A stretch of 58,469 nucleotides of DNA, the filler included, from Squatina squatina (Eukaryota), in NCBI GenBank assembly GCA_031763465.1. It is 3 parts of 3 records of this genome, joined end to end, with 100 filler letters (N's around TTAATTAATTAA, not from the genome) between each part and the next. Parts side by side here need not be neighbours in the genome. Positions count along the whole stretch, not along the records: positions 30,349 to 58,469 come from JARFOE010000219.1; 2 more parts are not named here. One strand, written 5' to 3'. Position numbers and translations under genes: made by a program. The notes beneath the pieces were generated by a model that was not told the origin of the DNA, ran no database searches, and saw only the letters and a list, made by a program, of their open reading frames with translations. Positions 56,626 through 58,469 of the stretch are shown one piece after another (positions within the stretch are counted from its first letter, which is position 1; each line of letters begins with the position of its first letter).

Positions 56626-58469
56626 TAACTGATTATCGCTGCGCTAACTAGCAGNNNNNNNNNNNNNNNNNNNNNNNNNNNNNNNNNNNNNNNNNNNNNN
56701 NNNNNNNNNNNNNNNNNNNNNNNNNNNNNNNNNNNNNNNNNNNNNNNNNNNNNNCTGCCAGTGCCCATAGAACAGTGCCTTGAGAATCGAACATACAATA
56801 AAGACTGGAACAAATTGATCATAGACAAGGCAATAAATTTGAGAAAATAAATGTTAATATAATTGGGAGTAGAGTAAAAAAGAATAACAATTAGGAGTGT
56901 GTGCGATAAAATTGAAGCATGGAGTTAAATAGTAAACAGGAAAATGAAAACGAGAAGAATGGAGAAAGAGAAAGGAAAGGAAACAGTTGCATTACGAGGC
57001 TGTTCACTTTAAAAAGAAAATCTATACATTACAAAATTATTGCGAAGCATAACAGAGGCAATTGAAGGCCAGAAGAGTTACAGATAGAGGAAGAGAGGGA
57101 AAGATGAGGGTGAATTGTAGATAGAGTGAGAGCGGATGAGTTGAAGATAGTGGAAGAGAGAAAACAGGAAGAGATGAAGAAGATAACAGCAGCTATCGAT
57201 GGAGGAACAGTACAGCAGTTTTAGCTCTCGGCTGATGAAATCTAGGAGCCAATGTCTTCTTAAAAGTTCCAAGTTCTCTCTCTGGTGAAGTCTGTTTACT
57301 AAAGTTTTCCAATTTACAGAAGTCAGACCCACACAATGCAATCGCTGAAATTACAGTTGCACTTTTAAAATTTACACACAGCAGATGGATTTAATTCAGA
57401 CAAAGCCTTTTCCTCAGGTTGCCACATCCTGTTGCATGTGAGTTGCAAATTGCAAGGTTCAAAGAGAGGAACAGTAATGATTTACCACATGCAATGAAAT
57501 ACATTGGCTCTGTTTCAGAATTTTGATTTCAATGCAGGTTGTTTTATGGAATGAGTTTATGGATAAAGATAATCCTCAGTGTGGCTGAAAGTAGGACACT
57601 GAAGGCATCATTTAGTTGGTGTCTCTGATTTGAAGGTAATATTCTTTCCTGGTTAGATGTGGAGATGAATAGCAATGAGCTTGAGAAAATTAAATAGATA
57701 ACTTTGAGATGTGCACACAATGCAGTATGGTGCATTTGATACTTGCGTTAACAAGGGNNNNNNNNNNNNNNNNNNNNNNNNNNNNNNNNNNNNNNNNNNN
57801 NNNNNNNNNNNNNNNNNNNNNNNNNNNNNNNNNNNNNNNNNNNNNNNNNNNNNNNNNTTGATACAATGTTCCTGTCTCTTTCCAATTTATATGTAAATGA
57901 AATTGAAATCGCTCGGATTGATCAGCTGGATGTACAAACCTCCGTTTCCTCCTCACTGCCTCTTCAACAGCTTTCACTGCACAGCAGCCATTAATTATAA
58001 GATTGTGGATAGACCCACATCTCAGACACTTGGAGAATGTCAACAGGCATCCTGACGAGAATTGCAGGCCTGAATGAAAATGCACAGCACCAGGAAATAT
58101 GAGACTGGTTGTTATCTGGGTATCACATTCTAATGTAAGGGTTAAATCTGAGAATTGGAGCAATTTCTACTCCCCTCACGTTCCAAGCATGAAGTCTTGA
58201 ATGTCAAAAACTAGCCCCTTTTTGTCCTCATTCTGTCAGCTTTCTACTTCTCTCCTAGAAGTGCTATGAGCTTAATAAATTAAAGTGTCTTCTTCTAAAG
58301 GGAGAGGCAAAGTCTGTTGCTTTTTTGTTTATCCTGTTTTTGTTTACAGTCTTGTTTACCCTCTAATGAAACCTATAACATGTACTGTACCATATTCTTA
58401 CACGCACGTTCAACACTGACATGCTCCTTTTTTAGATGACGCTCTGCCATTTGGTAAGCTCACAGCTTG

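Overview
This is vertebrate genomic DNA, not prokaryotic. The repeat content (SacSINE1/Deu-type SINEs, CR1, L2, Penelope and Harbinger elements) points to a shark or other cartilaginous fish. The assembly is very fragmented: short contigs are joined by nominal 100-N gaps. Two of those gaps carry an artificial N44-TTAATTAATTAA-N44 linker (13671-13682, 30293-30304), which splits the window into three blocks. Block 1 (1-13626) holds a palladin Ig exon, an intronless alpha-2C adrenoceptor ORF, an RGCC-like exon, two unidentified exons, a Harbinger transposase remnant and two minisatellites. Block 2 (13727-30248) holds exons of PLA2G6, SSTR3, CDC42EP1, GGA1 and KMT5C. Block 3 (30349-58469) holds exons of SMOC1, a CYP4F gene and COX16, plus a spliced Harbinger Myb/SANT remnant. 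The most striking observation is the ADRA2C-like ORF: it is full length but lacks the amine-binding Asp3.32 and the NPxxY Tyr, among other conserved residues. It is either a young pseudogene or a non-canonical receptor. Gene names come from my recall of orthologous protein motifs and exon phases; no database search was run. No CRISPR arrays, rRNA or true tRNA genes were seen.
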